From NCBI GenBank assembly GCA_963422735.1, contig OY730476.1, positions 4,608,001-4,672,000 on the forward strand: a DNA stretch of 64,000 nucleotides, in the 5' to 3' direction. Below, one piece after another: positions 40,361-50,500 of the stretch (positions are counted from its first letter, which is position 1; the number at the start of each line of letters is the position of its first letter). The translations under genes were made by a program, and so were the position numbers. Origin of the DNA: Candidatus Latescibacterota bacterium (GTDB lineage Bacteria > Latescibacterota > UBA2968 > UBA8231). The notes below the pieces were generated by a model. It worked only from the letters and a program-made list of their open reading frames with translations, was not told the DNA's origin and did no database searches.

Positions 40361-41062
40361 ATGTCTGAGAGGCGTTTGGCAGGCGGTCGGGAGATCGTGC
40401 TGCCGATGAGTAAAGCAGTGGAAATTAGTTTTCGCAGCCTGAAAATTCGCTTTGGCCGCTCGCTGATCACCACCAGCGGCGTGATTCTGGCCATTGCCTT
40501 TTTAATGTCTGTGTGGAGCAGCAACGAAATCGTCAGTAGCCTGCGGAGCGCGGACAAAAGCGAGATCAACTTGTTGTTGCAAAAAAACGGCATTGAGACT
40601 GGTATCACCGAGGCCGGCGACGCTTCCGAGGAGGCCGAGGGCCGCATACAGGAAGAGCGATCCAAGCAGACTTGGCTCATTAGTCTCTCGCTTTTGGTCT
40701 GCGTCGTCGGCATTGCCAACGCCATGTTGATGTCGGTGACCGAGCGGTTCCGCGAGATCGGCACCATGAAGTGCCTCGGGGCCTTGGACGCCTTTATCGT
40801 CAAGCTCTTCCTCCTTGAATCGACCTTTCAGGGGTTGGTGGGGACCTCGGCGGGGATCGTCATTGGCTTCGCGCTGACGCTGGGCCTAGCCCTGCTCGAT
40901 TACGGTGGTTACGCGCTCACCTATTTCCCATTGGGCGGTATCGCCGAATCGGCTGGCTACGCCTTAGTGGTGGGGACCCTGCTTTCGCTGATCGGCGCCA
41001 TGTTGCCGGCGTACCGAGCGGCCAAGATGGAGCCGGTCGAAGCCATGCGCTCCGACACTTGA
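40361..41062 (+). CDS. FtsX-like ABC transporter permease
   Basis: GIANAMLMSVTERFREIGTMKCLGA, PAYRAAKMEPVEAMR. Confidence 0.9.
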   Translation: MSERRLAGGREIVLPMSKAVEISFRSLKIRFGRSLITTSGVILAIAFLMSVWSSNEIVSSLRSADKSEINLLLQKNGIETGITEAGDASEEAEGRIQEERSKQTWLISLSLLVCVVGIANAMLMSVTERFREIGTMKCLGALDAFIVKLFLLESTFQGLVGTSAGIVIGFALTLGLALLDYGGYALTYFPLGGIAESAGYALVVGTLLSLIGAMLPAYRAAKMEPVEAMRSDT

Positions 41063-41082
41063 TTTCTTAGAGGAGATCTGAA

Positions 41083-41853
41083 ATGACCGAAACTGCCCTG
41101 GGCGAGGTCGCTGTCCAAGAAGCGGAAAAACGCACGGTAGTACGGACCCAGCAGGTAAAGAAAATTTACTTGATGGGCGAGATTGAGGTTCACGCCCTGC
41201 GCGGGGTCGATATGGAGATCTATACTGGCGAGTATTTGTCGATCATGGGGCCTTCAGGCTCGGGTAAGAGCACCTTCTTCAACATGGTCGGCGGCCTCGA
41301 CAAGCCCTCGGAGGGCAAGGTGTACATCGACGAGGTAGACGTCGCCCAGCTCGACGCATATGAGTTGGCTTGGCTGCGTTGCCGCAAGATCGGCTACATC
41401 TTCCAGTCGTTCAACTTGATCCCGGTGATGACCGCGCTCGAAAACGTCACCTTGCCGATGGTCTTCGCCGGCCTGACCAGCGACGAGGCCCGCGACAAGG
41501 GCATGGAGCTTTTGGTCAAGGTGGGCCTTGGCGAGCGGTACTCGCACAAGCCCTACGAGCTTTCGGGCGGCCAGCAGCAGCGCGTGGCCGTCGCCCGCGC
41601 CTTGGCCAATGACCCAGCTGTCGTCCTCGCCGACGAGCCGACGGGGAATCTAGACCTGCGCACGGGCACCGAAATCATCGAATTGCTCAAAGAGATGAAC
41701 GAGAATTCCGGCGTGACGGTCATCTCGGCGACCCACGACCACAAGATGCTCAGCGTCTCCGACCGCGTAGTGTGGGTCAAGGATGGCCAAGTCGATCACG
41801 TGCGCAAACGCGAAGAGCTCGATATCGAAGTAACTCACGTAGAAGGCGAATAG
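41083..41853 (+). CDS. ABC transporter ATP-binding protein (LolD/MacB-type)
   Basis: GPSGSGKST, LSGGQQQRVAVARAL, LADEPTGNLD. Confidence 0.95.
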   Translation: MTETALGEVAVQEAEKRTVVRTQQVKKIYLMGEIEVHALRGVDMEIYTGEYLSIMGPSGSGKSTFFNMVGGLDKPSEGKVYIDEVDVAQLDAYELAWLRCRKIGYIFQSFNLIPVMTALENVTLPMVFAGLTSDEARDKGMELLVKVGLGERYSHKPYELSGGQQQRVAVARALANDPAVVLADEPTGNLDLRTGTEIIELLKEMNENSGVTVISATHDHKMLSVSDRVVWVKDGQVDHVRKREELDIEVTHVEGE

Positions 41854-42641
41854 TGCTGCCGACCTACCCGGCCGCCTTCTGGGTTTGCGCGGTGGGGGCC
41901 GTGTTATTGATGGGGGTGGCCAAGGCCGGCTTTGGCGGCGGCGTCGGGATTTTGGCCACCCCGCTTTTGGCCCTGACGGTTTCGGTGGCGGACGCGGCGG
42001 TCCTGTTGCTGCCGCTGTTGATCGCCTGCGATGTGTTCGCCGTCCGGCACTACCGCCGCACCTTCGACAAAACGAGCGTCCAACGGCTCCTGCCCGGTTC
42101 CGCCTTGGGGATCGGTGCTGGGGCCTTTTTTTTTGGGTACTTCAGTCGGCACGAGCGCGTTCTAGAAATGGGCTTGGGCTGCTTGGCTTTGCTGTTTGTC
42201 GCTTTTCAGTTCGGGCGGGCGGCGATTGTCGGGGCCGTGCGGAAGCAGCGTCCGGGGCCACTCGTCGGCGTACTGATGGGCGCGGTCTCGGGCTTTACCT
42301 CGACGATCGCCCACGCTGGCGCGCCGCCGGTGGTCATCTACCTGCTGCCGCAGCAGCTACCGCGCCATGTCTTCGTTGGCACCACGGTCATCTTCTTTGC
42401 CATGCTCAACTTGCTCAAACTGCTGCCCTATTGGGGCTTGGGGCTTTTTCACGCCGACATTTTTAAGACGACTTTGCTGTTGGCACCGCTGGCGTACGCC
42501 GGGGTGCGGTTGGGCGTGTTTTTAAATCAGCGATTTAGCGACGTGTGGTTCAATCGGGTGGTGTATGGGATGTTGCTGGCGACGGCGATACAGTTGATTA
42601 CCGGAGATAATCTGCTGGAGGGGATGGTCCGCGGGCGATAG
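41853..42641 (+). CDS. TauE/SafE family membrane exporter
   Basis: G..K.GFGGG, SGFTST.AHAG.PP, about 8 TMs. Confidence 0.85.
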   Translation: MLPTYPAAFWVCAVGAVLLMGVAKAGFGGGVGILATPLLALTVSVADAAVLLLPLLIACDVFAVRHYRRTFDKTSVQRLLPGSALGIGAGAFFFGYFSRHERVLEMGLGCLALLFVAFQFGRAAIVGAVRKQRPGPLVGVLMGAVSGFTSTIAHAGAPPVVIYLLPQQLPRHVFVGTTVIFFAMLNLLKLLPYWGLGLFHADIFKTTLLLAPLAYAGVRLGVFLNQRFSDVWFNRVVYGMLLATAIQLITGDNLLEGMVRGR

Positions 42642-42744
42642 GAGCTATTTCTGCCGCTCGTGGACAATTGCGTACAGACTGCTCCTACCGAGGATTGATC
42701 CTAGGCGGATCCTTTGACTGGCTTTATTAGACGGAGACCAGAAC

Positions 42745-42940
42745 ATGGCGATATCGATTCAACTTCCTGATGACGCGGAACAGCGGCTCGATTTTCTGCC
42801 TGCGCGAGATTATCGAACGGGGCCTTGAAGACATGGAGGACTACTATCTTGCTGCCGAAGTCTTGGATCGCGTCCGCAATGGTGAGGAGCAGGGATACTC
42901 GGCTGCTGAGGTGAAGAAAACCCTTGGTCTGGACGATTGA
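42745..42940 (+). pseudogene. RelB/DUF6290-like RHH antitoxin remnant
   Basis: MAISIQLPDDAEQRLDFL then frame change to LREIIERGLEDMEDYYLAAEVLDRVRNGEE..YSAAEVKKTLGLDD*; usual TGRTK linker is absent. Confidence 0.8.
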
Positions 42941-43134
42941 GTACAGTCGATTTCCTCGACGACAGAGTGACTGGGCTTGATGCTCCTCGGAGTTTGGGTA
43001 GAGTGCTAACAGGTCCATTCGGTGGGTTGTGGCGCTATCGCGTTGGAAACTGCCGGGTGCTCTGCGATATTCAGGATCGTGTCTCGCGGATTGTAGTCGT
43101 CAGGATCGGTGAGCGCGACAGGGTGTATCGTTGA
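42937..43134 (+). pseudogene. RelE/ParE family toxin lacking its N-terminus
   Basis: VDFLDDRV..LD.PRSLG..LTG..GGLWRYRVG..RVLCDIQD....VVRIG.R..VYR; the usual first strand and helix are missing. Confidence 0.8.
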
Positions 43135-43218
43135 TGGTGAACGGTTTCGTGCGATAGTTAATTACCTTGGCGACGCCTTTATTTGCCTTATCCTCCCTGC
43201 TACTGGAGACTTAGGAAA

Positions 43219-44172
43219 ATGGACGATAGACCTTACTCCCGCCGCACCTTCCTCAAGCTGTCGGCCGCCACAGCCGCCGGCTTTTCCATAAGTGCCGCTC
43301 CGAACCACCGCGACATGCCCTACCGGATCTTGGGTCGCACAGGTGAATCCGTTTCCCTGCTTGGCTTGGGCGGTGCACACGTGGCCCACCACGGTAACAT
43401 GGAGGAAAAGGCGGCCATCGCCTTGATGCACGCGGCCATCGACGAGGGGATCAACTTCTTCGATAATGCTTGGGGTTATTCCAACGGAGCAAGCGAGATA
43501 CGCATGGGCAAGGCGCTGCGCGGCGGCTATCGCGACCGCGTATTCCTAATGACCAAAGACGCGAGCCGCCACCCCAAGCGGGCGATTGCCCACCTCGAAG
43601 AGAGCTTGCGCCGGCTGCAAACCGACGCGATTGATCTGTGGCAATTTCACAGCATCAAACAGCCCAACGACCCAGAGCGGATTTACGAACAGGGCCTGCT
43701 AGAGGCCGCGCTCAAAGCCAAAGAAGAGGGCAAGATCCGCTACATCGGCTTCACCGGTCATACCTTGCCCTCTCTGCACGTGGAGATGATCGAGCGCGGC
43801 TTTGCTTGGGATGCTATGCAAATGCCGGTCAACGTATTCGACCCGCACTACCTCAGCTTTGTCGAGCAGGTGCTGCCGGTCGCAGTGAAAAAAAACATCG
43901 GGGTCATCGCCATGAAGACCTTGGCAGGTTCGCCCGGAGCGATTCTTGCAACGGGCGCGGCGACCGCGGCAGAGTGCCTGCGCTACGCCATGAGCCTGCC
44001 GGTAGCTACCGTGTGTTCCGGCATGGATTCGCTGGAAAAACTGCGGCAGAATGCGGACATCGCTCGGCAGTTCGCGCCCTTGGCTGACGACGAGCGGCTC
44101 GCGCTTTTGTCGCGCACTCAAGAGCTAGGGATGCAGGGCACACACGAGTCGTACAAGGCTCGCCGGCCCTGA
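43219..44172 (+). CDS. Tat-exported aldo/keto reductase
   Basis: SRRTFLK Tat motif; MPYR.LGRTG, FFDNAW.Y..G.SE, SLRRLQTD.IDL.Q.H. Confidence 0.9.
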   Translation: MDDRPYSRRTFLKLSAATAAGFSISAAPNHRDMPYRILGRTGESVSLLGLGGAHVAHHGNMEEKAAIALMHAAIDEGINFFDNAWGYSNGASEIRMGKALRGGYRDRVFLMTKDASRHPKRAIAHLEESLRRLQTDAIDLWQFHSIKQPNDPERIYEQGLLEAALKAKEEGKIRYIGFTGHTLPSLHVEMIERGFAWDAMQMPVNVFDPHYLSFVEQVLPVAVKKNIGVIAMKTLAGSPGAILATGAATAAECLRYAMSLPVATVCSGMDSLEKLRQNADIARQFAPLADDERLALLSRTQELGMQGTHESYKARRP

Positions 44173-44177
44173 TTGCC

Positions 44178-47150
44178 GTGCGCCATACCTTCCTTTTCCT
44201 TCTTTTTGCAATGCCCCTGTGGGGACAAGACCTCGACGTTGCGCCAGCCAAACCCGTCGGCCCTCCCAAGATGGAAAGCGCACTGTGGGAACTGGCCTTG
44301 CCCTCAGCAGCCAAGCCGACCCGCGCCGCAGACGGCGATGTGGTCGTCATTTTGGTGCCCTCGGCGGGCGTGGCGGCCACCATTGACACTACGGCGTTAG
44401 CTGCCCTCGGCGTCGAGCTTTTGGCCCAGTCCAAGAGCCTGATGCGCGTGTCGGTACCGCCCGCATCGCTGCGGGCGGTGGCTGAATTGCCGAGCGTGGC
44501 CTTTGTCCGCAGACCGCACCGTCCGCACACACAACAGACCCTTAGCGAGGGCGCAGCTCTCATCCGCGCTTTTGAACATCATGCCGCTGGCGCGAAGGGC
44601 CAAGGGGTCAAGGTGGCGATTATCGATGTCGGATTTAGGGGGGCCAATCAACTGAGCGAAGACCTGCCGGTGCGTCGGTGGCACCGCGACTATACGGGCA
44701 AGGGGATATACGCCGGCGCCAGTCACGGCACGGCGTGTGCCGAGATCATCTACGACGTGGCCCCAGAAGCCGAACTCTATCTGTACAAAGTTGCGGATGA
44801 AGTGGATTTGGAGAATGCCAAAGACCGCTGCATACAAAACGGAGTCTCCATCGTAAACTACTCGGCGACTTGGGTGAACACGGGCTTTGGGGACGGGCGC
44901 GGGATCATCTGCGACATTGTAAATGACGCGGCCGACAACGGTATTCTCTGGGTCAATGCCATCGGTAACTACGCCCAAAAGCACTACGCGGGTTTTTGGT
45001 GCGATAGCGATGCCGACGATCGGCACAATTTTGCCGCCGGCGACGATGCGGTGAATTTTGTCGCTGAAATCGGCGACGTCATACGGGTGACGCTGACTTG
45101 GGACGATTGGCCCACCACCACTGAGGATTACGACCTATATCTCTACTATCAAGACGCGCCCGGCAACATCAAAGAAGTCGCCAAAAGCACTGATGTTCAG
45201 GGGGATGGCGGTGCTCCTGTGGAGTGGCTCGAATACTTTGTCGGGCGAGCGGGTACCTATGGCATTTCCGTGGTCCGCGTTGGCGAGGCCGAGCCTAAGC
45301 AACTGCGCGTGTGGTCTTGGCACCACGACATCGAATATCCGGTTTTGGCTAGTAGCTTGGGGATTCCGTCGGATGCTCGTGGTTCTCTGAGCGTTGGGGC
45401 GATCCAGCACGACCAATGGGATTTGGGCATACTGGCAAGCTATAGCTCGCGCGGTCCTACGGCCGATGGCCGCATCAAGCCCGATCTCGTCGCGCCTACG
45501 GGCGTGACAACGGTTTCTTATGGTGCGAACTCTTTCGGGGGAACCTCGGCTGCGGCTCCCTACGTGGCCGGCGCAGCCGCCCTGCTCAAATCGGCCAATC
45601 CTTCGTTCTCGCGCGACGATCTCTGGAGTGTTCTCGTCGAGGCCGCCGTTGATTTGGGGGCACCGGGAAAGGACGACAGTACGGGATACGGCAAACTCGT
45701 GCTGTCGGTTTCAGCACCGCAAATTGCGGACGTTTTGCCGCGTCGCGCTCAATACGGCCAAACAGTTACCATCGTCGGCCAGGATTTCGGCGCAGATAGA
45801 GGGACGAGCAAAGTGGTCTTTTTTGCGGGAAAGGAGCCGAGCGATTCCGAGTATCTCGCTTGGAACGATGCACAGATCCAAGTGCGCGTACCGACCGGTG
45901 CTCGCACCGGCAAGGTGCAGGTGAAAACCGGCGGCGGCAGCGACAGCGCGCAAGTGGTCGTCACGTCGCCCTACATTGATGCGATTGCCAATCACACGCG
46001 CATGGATGCAGGGGCCAAGACCGACGACCTCATCGAAATTGCCGGCGACAATTTTGGCCTCTCGCGAGACACCAGTTCCGTGTGGATTGATTCGGTCGCG
46101 GTGTCTTCGTTTGAGTCTTGGTCGGATGAGACGATATGGTTCCGCGTTCCACTCAATGCGCCCTCGGGTGACTTAACCGTTGTGACGTCTGAAGGCACCA
46201 GCAATGTCGTTCGCATAGAAATCGCAAGCCCGTATCTGGCACACCTTTCGCCATCGCAAGTACAGGCCGGCGAGCACCTGACGCTGACCGGCGGCAACTT
46301 TGGCCACGAGCGCGGCACGGGGTACGTTTTGTTTAATCCCGATGTGCAAGCGGCGGCGGACGATCATGCGGTCTGGTCCCATGGCATCATCGTCGTCCGG
46401 GTCCCGTCCCAAGCCCGCAGTGGCGCAGTGCAGGTTTTTACCGCTGCTGGAGCTACCGGGGCCGCGCAAGTTGAGATTGGCAGCGAATGGATAGAGCCGC
46501 TGCCAAGTAGTGGGATTTTCGGCTACAGTCCTCCTGCGGTTAGCAAGAATCCCAAAAGCGTCAAGTTCGGCTTTGAGGGGATCAATCGCGATATCCTATG
46601 CCAATTTTCGACAAAGGAAATAAGCGACGACGAGGTCGTCGTTTTCCTCAACGAACAAAGGTATGCAGCGATCTTGGCCGGGGAAGACTGGCAGACTCGG
46701 TATCTCGTCCTCAATAAAGCATACTTCCAGTCCGGTCAAAACGTCATCGAGTTCCGCAACATCATCAACCAAGATCGCGCCGCATCCTTCGTCCGTTGGC
46801 AGTTGAAGGACGTGGCGTTGTGGAAGCCGTTTAGTGCTAAGTTCGCCGCGGGGACGCGGCTTTTGTCCAAGTTGCCGGATGGCTTGGGCGATCCCTTTCC
46901 CACGCCGTTCAACGCGGAAGTGACCATCCCCTTTGCCCTAGCCGAGGCCGGCTCCGTGCGGCTTGTCGTCTATAATTTGCTGGGCCAATCCATTCGCGTG
47001 TTGACCGATGGCTGGGTGGATGCTGGCACGCACCGCGTGCGCTGGGATGGTCGCACGGATGCCGGCGCGGCGGTTGCTTCCGGGGTCTATTGGGCCGTGC
47101 TGCAAGCTGGCGATGCTGTCCAAACGGCCAAGTTGGCGTTGATTCGCTGA
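44178..47150 (+). CDS. Secreted S8 (subtilisin-like) serine peptidase with three IPT/TIG domains and FlgD/T9SS-like C-terminal domain
   Basis: Signal peptide; triad VAIID / HGTACAE / GTSAAAP; KPD.VAP; G.(D/N)FG IPT repeats; PFPTPFN...YNLLGQ...WDG...ASGVY tail. Confidence 0.9.
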   Translation: MRHTFLFLLFAMPLWGQDLDVAPAKPVGPPKMESALWELALPSAAKPTRAADGDVVVILVPSAGVAATIDTTALAALGVELLAQSKSLMRVSVPPASLRAVAELPSVAFVRRPHRPHTQQTLSEGAALIRAFEHHAAGAKGQGVKVAIIDVGFRGANQLSEDLPVRRWHRDYTGKGIYAGASHGTACAEIIYDVAPEAELYLYKVADEVDLENAKDRCIQNGVSIVNYSATWVNTGFGDGRGIICDIVNDAADNGILWVNAIGNYAQKHYAGFWCDSDADDRHNFAAGDDAVNFVAEIGDVIRVTLTWDDWPTTTEDYDLYLYYQDAPGNIKEVAKSTDVQGDGGAPVEWLEYFVGRAGTYGISVVRVGEAEPKQLRVWSWHHDIEYPVLASSLGIPSDARGSLSVGAIQHDQWDLGILASYSSRGPTADGRIKPDLVAPTGVTTVSYGANSFGGTSAAAPYVAGAAALLKSANPSFSRDDLWSVLVEAAVDLGAPGKDDSTGYGKLVLSVSAPQIADVLPRRAQYGQTVTIVGQDFGADRGTSKVVFFAGKEPSDSEYLAWNDAQIQVRVPTGARTGKVQVKTGGGSDSAQVVVTSPYIDAIANHTRMDAGAKTDDLIEIAGDNFGLSRDTSSVWIDSVAVSSFESWSDETIWFRVPLNAPSGDLTVVTSEGTSNVVRIEIASPYLAHLSPSQVQAGEHLTLTGGNFGHERGTGYVLFNPDVQAAADDHAVWSHGIIVVRVPSQARSGAVQVFTAAGATGAAQVEIGSEWIEPLPSSGIFGYSPPAVSKNPKSVKFGFEGINRDILCQFSTKEISDDEVVVFLNEQRYAAILAGEDWQTRYLVLNKAYFQSGQNVIEFRNIINQDRAASFVRWQLKDVALWKPFSAKFAAGTRLLSKLPDGLGDPFPTPFNAEVTIPFALAEAGSVRLVVYNLLGQSIRVLTDGWVDAGTHRVRWDGRTDAGAAVASGVYWAVLQAGDAVQTAKLALIR
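46869..47150 (+). repeat. Near-identical 282-bp 3' segment shared by both S8 genes (second copy 50836-51117)
   Basis: Direct comparison: aagttgccggatggcttgggcgatccc...gattcgctga at both loci. Confidence 0.9.
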
Positions 47151-47234
47151 GCCGAATGGTGCCCGCCACAAAATTAGCCGCAGTTACCACCGCCCTTTAT
47201 CTTTATATAGCGAATAGCCACCACCAACCGCCCG

Positions 47235-47260
47235 GCTGGCTCGCTGTACAGCGAGCCAGC
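47235..47260. repeat. Perfect 26-bp palindrome
   Basis: GCTGGCTCGCTGTACAGCGAGCCAGC equals its own reverse complement; ends 3 nt before ATG 47264. Confidence 0.9.
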
Positions 47261-47263
47261 ACT

Positions 47264-47505
47264 ATGAGCGAACCGATTCCCCGCAGCAAGACCACGACCG
47301 CCGTATAGGACAGCTAGGAGGGATAGCCGAACAGTTAGACCGCCACTTGGACGGCATTGAGCGGGTGATTACCGAGCAAGGCCGCCAGCACCAGCAGGCC
47401 CTTGCTGAGCAAGGCCGCCGCGTGGACAGTCAGTTCCGGTGGCTTGTCGGTATCCTCTTTGGCGTGGTGGGCCTGTTGGTGTCCATCCTGTTGAAGCTGA
47501 ACTAA
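47264..47505 (+). pseudogene. Small coiled-coil protein with C-terminal TM helix (frameshift in C-run 47279-47282)
   Basis: MSEPIP / PQQDHDRRIGQLGGIAEQLDRHLDGIERVITEQGRQHQQALAEQGRRVDSQFRWLVGILFGVVGLLVSILLKLN*. Confidence 0.6.
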
Positions 47506-47515
47506 TCCACCCTCC

Positions 47516-47547
47516 GCCCCGGCTGACACGCTGGCCGGGGGCTTTTT
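47516..47547 (+). terminator. Putative intrinsic terminator
   Basis: GCCCCGGCTG...TGGCCGGGGGC stem followed by TTTTT, just after the small ORF. Confidence 0.6.
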
Positions 47548-47595
47548 CCTAATCAAAGAGGATTGAAGTTGAACAACCGTTATCGTTATAGAATT

Positions 47596-50500
47596 ATGAT
47601 CGCTCTTTTCTTAGGCGTCCTTGTCTGTGTACCCCTTTGGGGGCAGAATCTAAACTTCGCCCCGGACAAACCCGACGGCCCGGCCAAGATACAGAGTGCG
47701 TTGTGGGAGTTGGCAACGCCGCGAGCGGCAAAGTCGGTCCGCGATGTACAGGATACGGTCGTCGTCATCTTGGTTCCACAGTTTGGCCAAGCGTCGGCTT
47801 CGATTGATACGTCGTCGCTGGCGGCGCTTGGTGGAAGGGTTCTGGCGCAATCCAAGAGTCTGATGCGGATTTCGGTCCCGGCGTCGTCTCTGCTGGCGGT
47901 CTCGGAATTGCCGGGGGTCGGCTTTGTTCGCAGGCCGTACCGGCCGCATTCGCAAAGGACGATCAGCGAGGGCACGGCCCGCATCGGCGCGCTGGCGAAT
48001 CACTCGGCAGGCGTGAAAGGCCAAGGGGTCAAGGTGGCCATTATTGACGGAGGATTTAAGGGGGCCAATAAATTGCGCGGAGACCTGCCGGCGCGTTGGC
48101 GGTATCTCGACTATACGGGCGAGGGGATATACGCCGGGGAGTCTGCTCATGGCACGGCTTGTGCCGAGATCGTCCACGACATAGCTCCTGATGCTGAGCT
48201 CACGTTTCTAAAGACAGGGGACTTGGTTGACTTTGAGAATGCTAAGGATTTCTGCATACGAGAAGGAATTGACATAATTAGTTATTCCAACAGTCGGTCG
48301 GGCACGGGTTTTGGCGATGGTCGGGGGTTAGCCTGCGACATTGTGAACGACGCTGCGGATAATGGCATTCTCTGGGTGAATTCGGCAGGCAATTACGCAG
48401 AGAGCCACTACTCTGGGTTCTGGTCTAATTACGATTCTGACGGTTGGCACAACTTTGACGGCGAATACGAGATGCTAGCGTTTGAAGCGGAGGAAGGGGA
48501 TTCGATATCAGTTGTATTGACTTGGAATGATTTTCCCATCACCTCCCAAGATTACGACTTGTTTATTTATTATAATGACGACGTAGGTAATTTGGAGAGG
48601 GTTGCTGAAAGTACGGATATTCAATCAAGGAATGCACCCAATAGGCCCGCAGAATGGATCGAGTACGAAGCACAAGAATCGGGACGGTATGGGATCGCTG
48701 TTCGGAAAGAGGATAGTGCGCGACCGATGAGGCTAAAAATATGGTCGTTTGATCACGATTTTGAAGAGTATGCGGTTTCGGCTAATAGTATTACGAGTCC
48801 AGCGGATGCACGAGGAGCCATGAGCGTCGGGGCGGTCCATTATTGGGACTATAACCGAGGAAGAATTGCAGACTACAGCTCACGAGGTCCCACCACCGAT
48901 GGCCGCATCAAGCCCGATATCGTCGCGCCTAGTGGAGTGGCGACGGCTTCTTATGGGCCGGATGGCTTTTTCGGAACCTCGGCTGCGGCTCCCCACGTAG
49001 CTGGCGCGGCGGCCCTGCTTAAGTCGGCTAATCCATCCTACTCGCGCACTCAATTGTGGAACGCGCTTGTCGCGGCAACGGTTGATATAGGAACCCGGGG
49101 AAGGGACAACGACAGCGGATATGGCAAACTCGTGCTGCCGGTCTCGGGAGGAAGCGACACGGCCCGGCTGACGATTACCTCGCCTTGGATAAGCAGCGTT
49201 TCTCCACAGCCTGTAAAGACGAATGCCGTTGTTACCGTGCTCGGGGGTAATTTCGGTTCCTCGCGGAGGAGCAGTTCCGTGCGGATTGGTTCGGTCGCGA
49301 TCCCTTCCTCTTCGTTTACCTCTTGGTCGAATAGCACGATACGCTTCCGCATTCCCCTCAATACTCTCCCCGGCAACCTGACCGTTAGAACGTCAGAAGG
49401 CACCAGTAACGCTGTCCGCCTGCAAACAACAAGCCCGTATCTGACGGGAATCGCACCCACGCAAGTAAAAACAAGGGGTCGTCTAACGCTGACGGGCGGC
49501 AATTTTGGCACTAGACGCGGCACCGGATACGTTTTATTTACTTCTAACGTACGGCCCGCTGCTGCGGACTATGTGAGTTGGTCTGACCGCAGAATTGTAG
49601 TACGGGTCCCGTCCCAAGCCCGCAGCGGCAATGTGCAGGTTGTGACCTCGAATGGGAGGTCGGGGACAAAGCTTCTGCTTCTTGGAACCGCTCCATCTCG
49701 CGCTCCTCAAATCAGTTCCGTATCTCCCCGCCGAGTGCGATACAATCAACTCGTAACCATCCGCGGCAGGGCTTTCGGTGCAAATCGCGGCACGAGCAAA
49801 GTTATTTTCTACGATCGCAAGGAACCCATTTCTTCCCACTATGTTAGCTGGAGTGATACCCGGATTCAGGTACGGGTGCCGACCGGTGGCCGTACCGGCA
49901 ATATGCAGGTTATAACCACGCGAGGAAGTGCCTCAGCCCGGCTGACGATTACCTCTCCCTGGGTCAGAAATATCTCCCCGCAGATTGCAAAGACTAATAC
50001 CGTTGTTGCGGTAAACGGGGAGAATTTCGGCTCCTCGCGGAGGAGCAGTTCCGTGCGGATTGGTTCGGTCGTGGTCTCTTCGTTTACCTCTTGGTCGAGT
50101 AAAGTGATACGCTTCCGCATTCCCCTCAATACTCCCCCCGGCAACCTGACCGTTAGAACGTCAGAAGGCCCTAGTAATGCCGTTCGCCTAGAAACAACAA
50201 GCCCGTATCTGACGAGAATCTCGCCGACGCAAGCAAAAACAGGGGATCGCCTGACGCTAACGGGTGGCAATTTTGGCACTAGACGCGGCACCGGGTACAT
50301 CTTGTTTGGCTCTAATGTACGGCCCGCTGCTGCGGACTATGTGAGTTGGTCTGACCGCAGAGTTGTCGTCGAGGTTCCGGCTAGAGCGCAAAGCGGCAAT
50401 GTGCGGGTTACTACCTCGAATGGGACGTCGGGGACGAAGCGGCTTGAAATCGAAAGCGAACAGTTAGAGCCACTGCCGAGCAGAGGGCTCTTCGGCTACA

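Noticed and set aside
47335-47556. 73-aa minus-strand ORF in the track
   Set aside because: Likely a shadow of the plus-strand coiled-coil/TM ORF, which has the matching terminator orientation
49162-50440. Long direct repeats considered as CRISPR or DGR template/variable repeats
   Set aside because: They are in-frame IPT domain duplications; no spacers, no reverse transcriptase, and I saw no adenine-specific mismatch pattern
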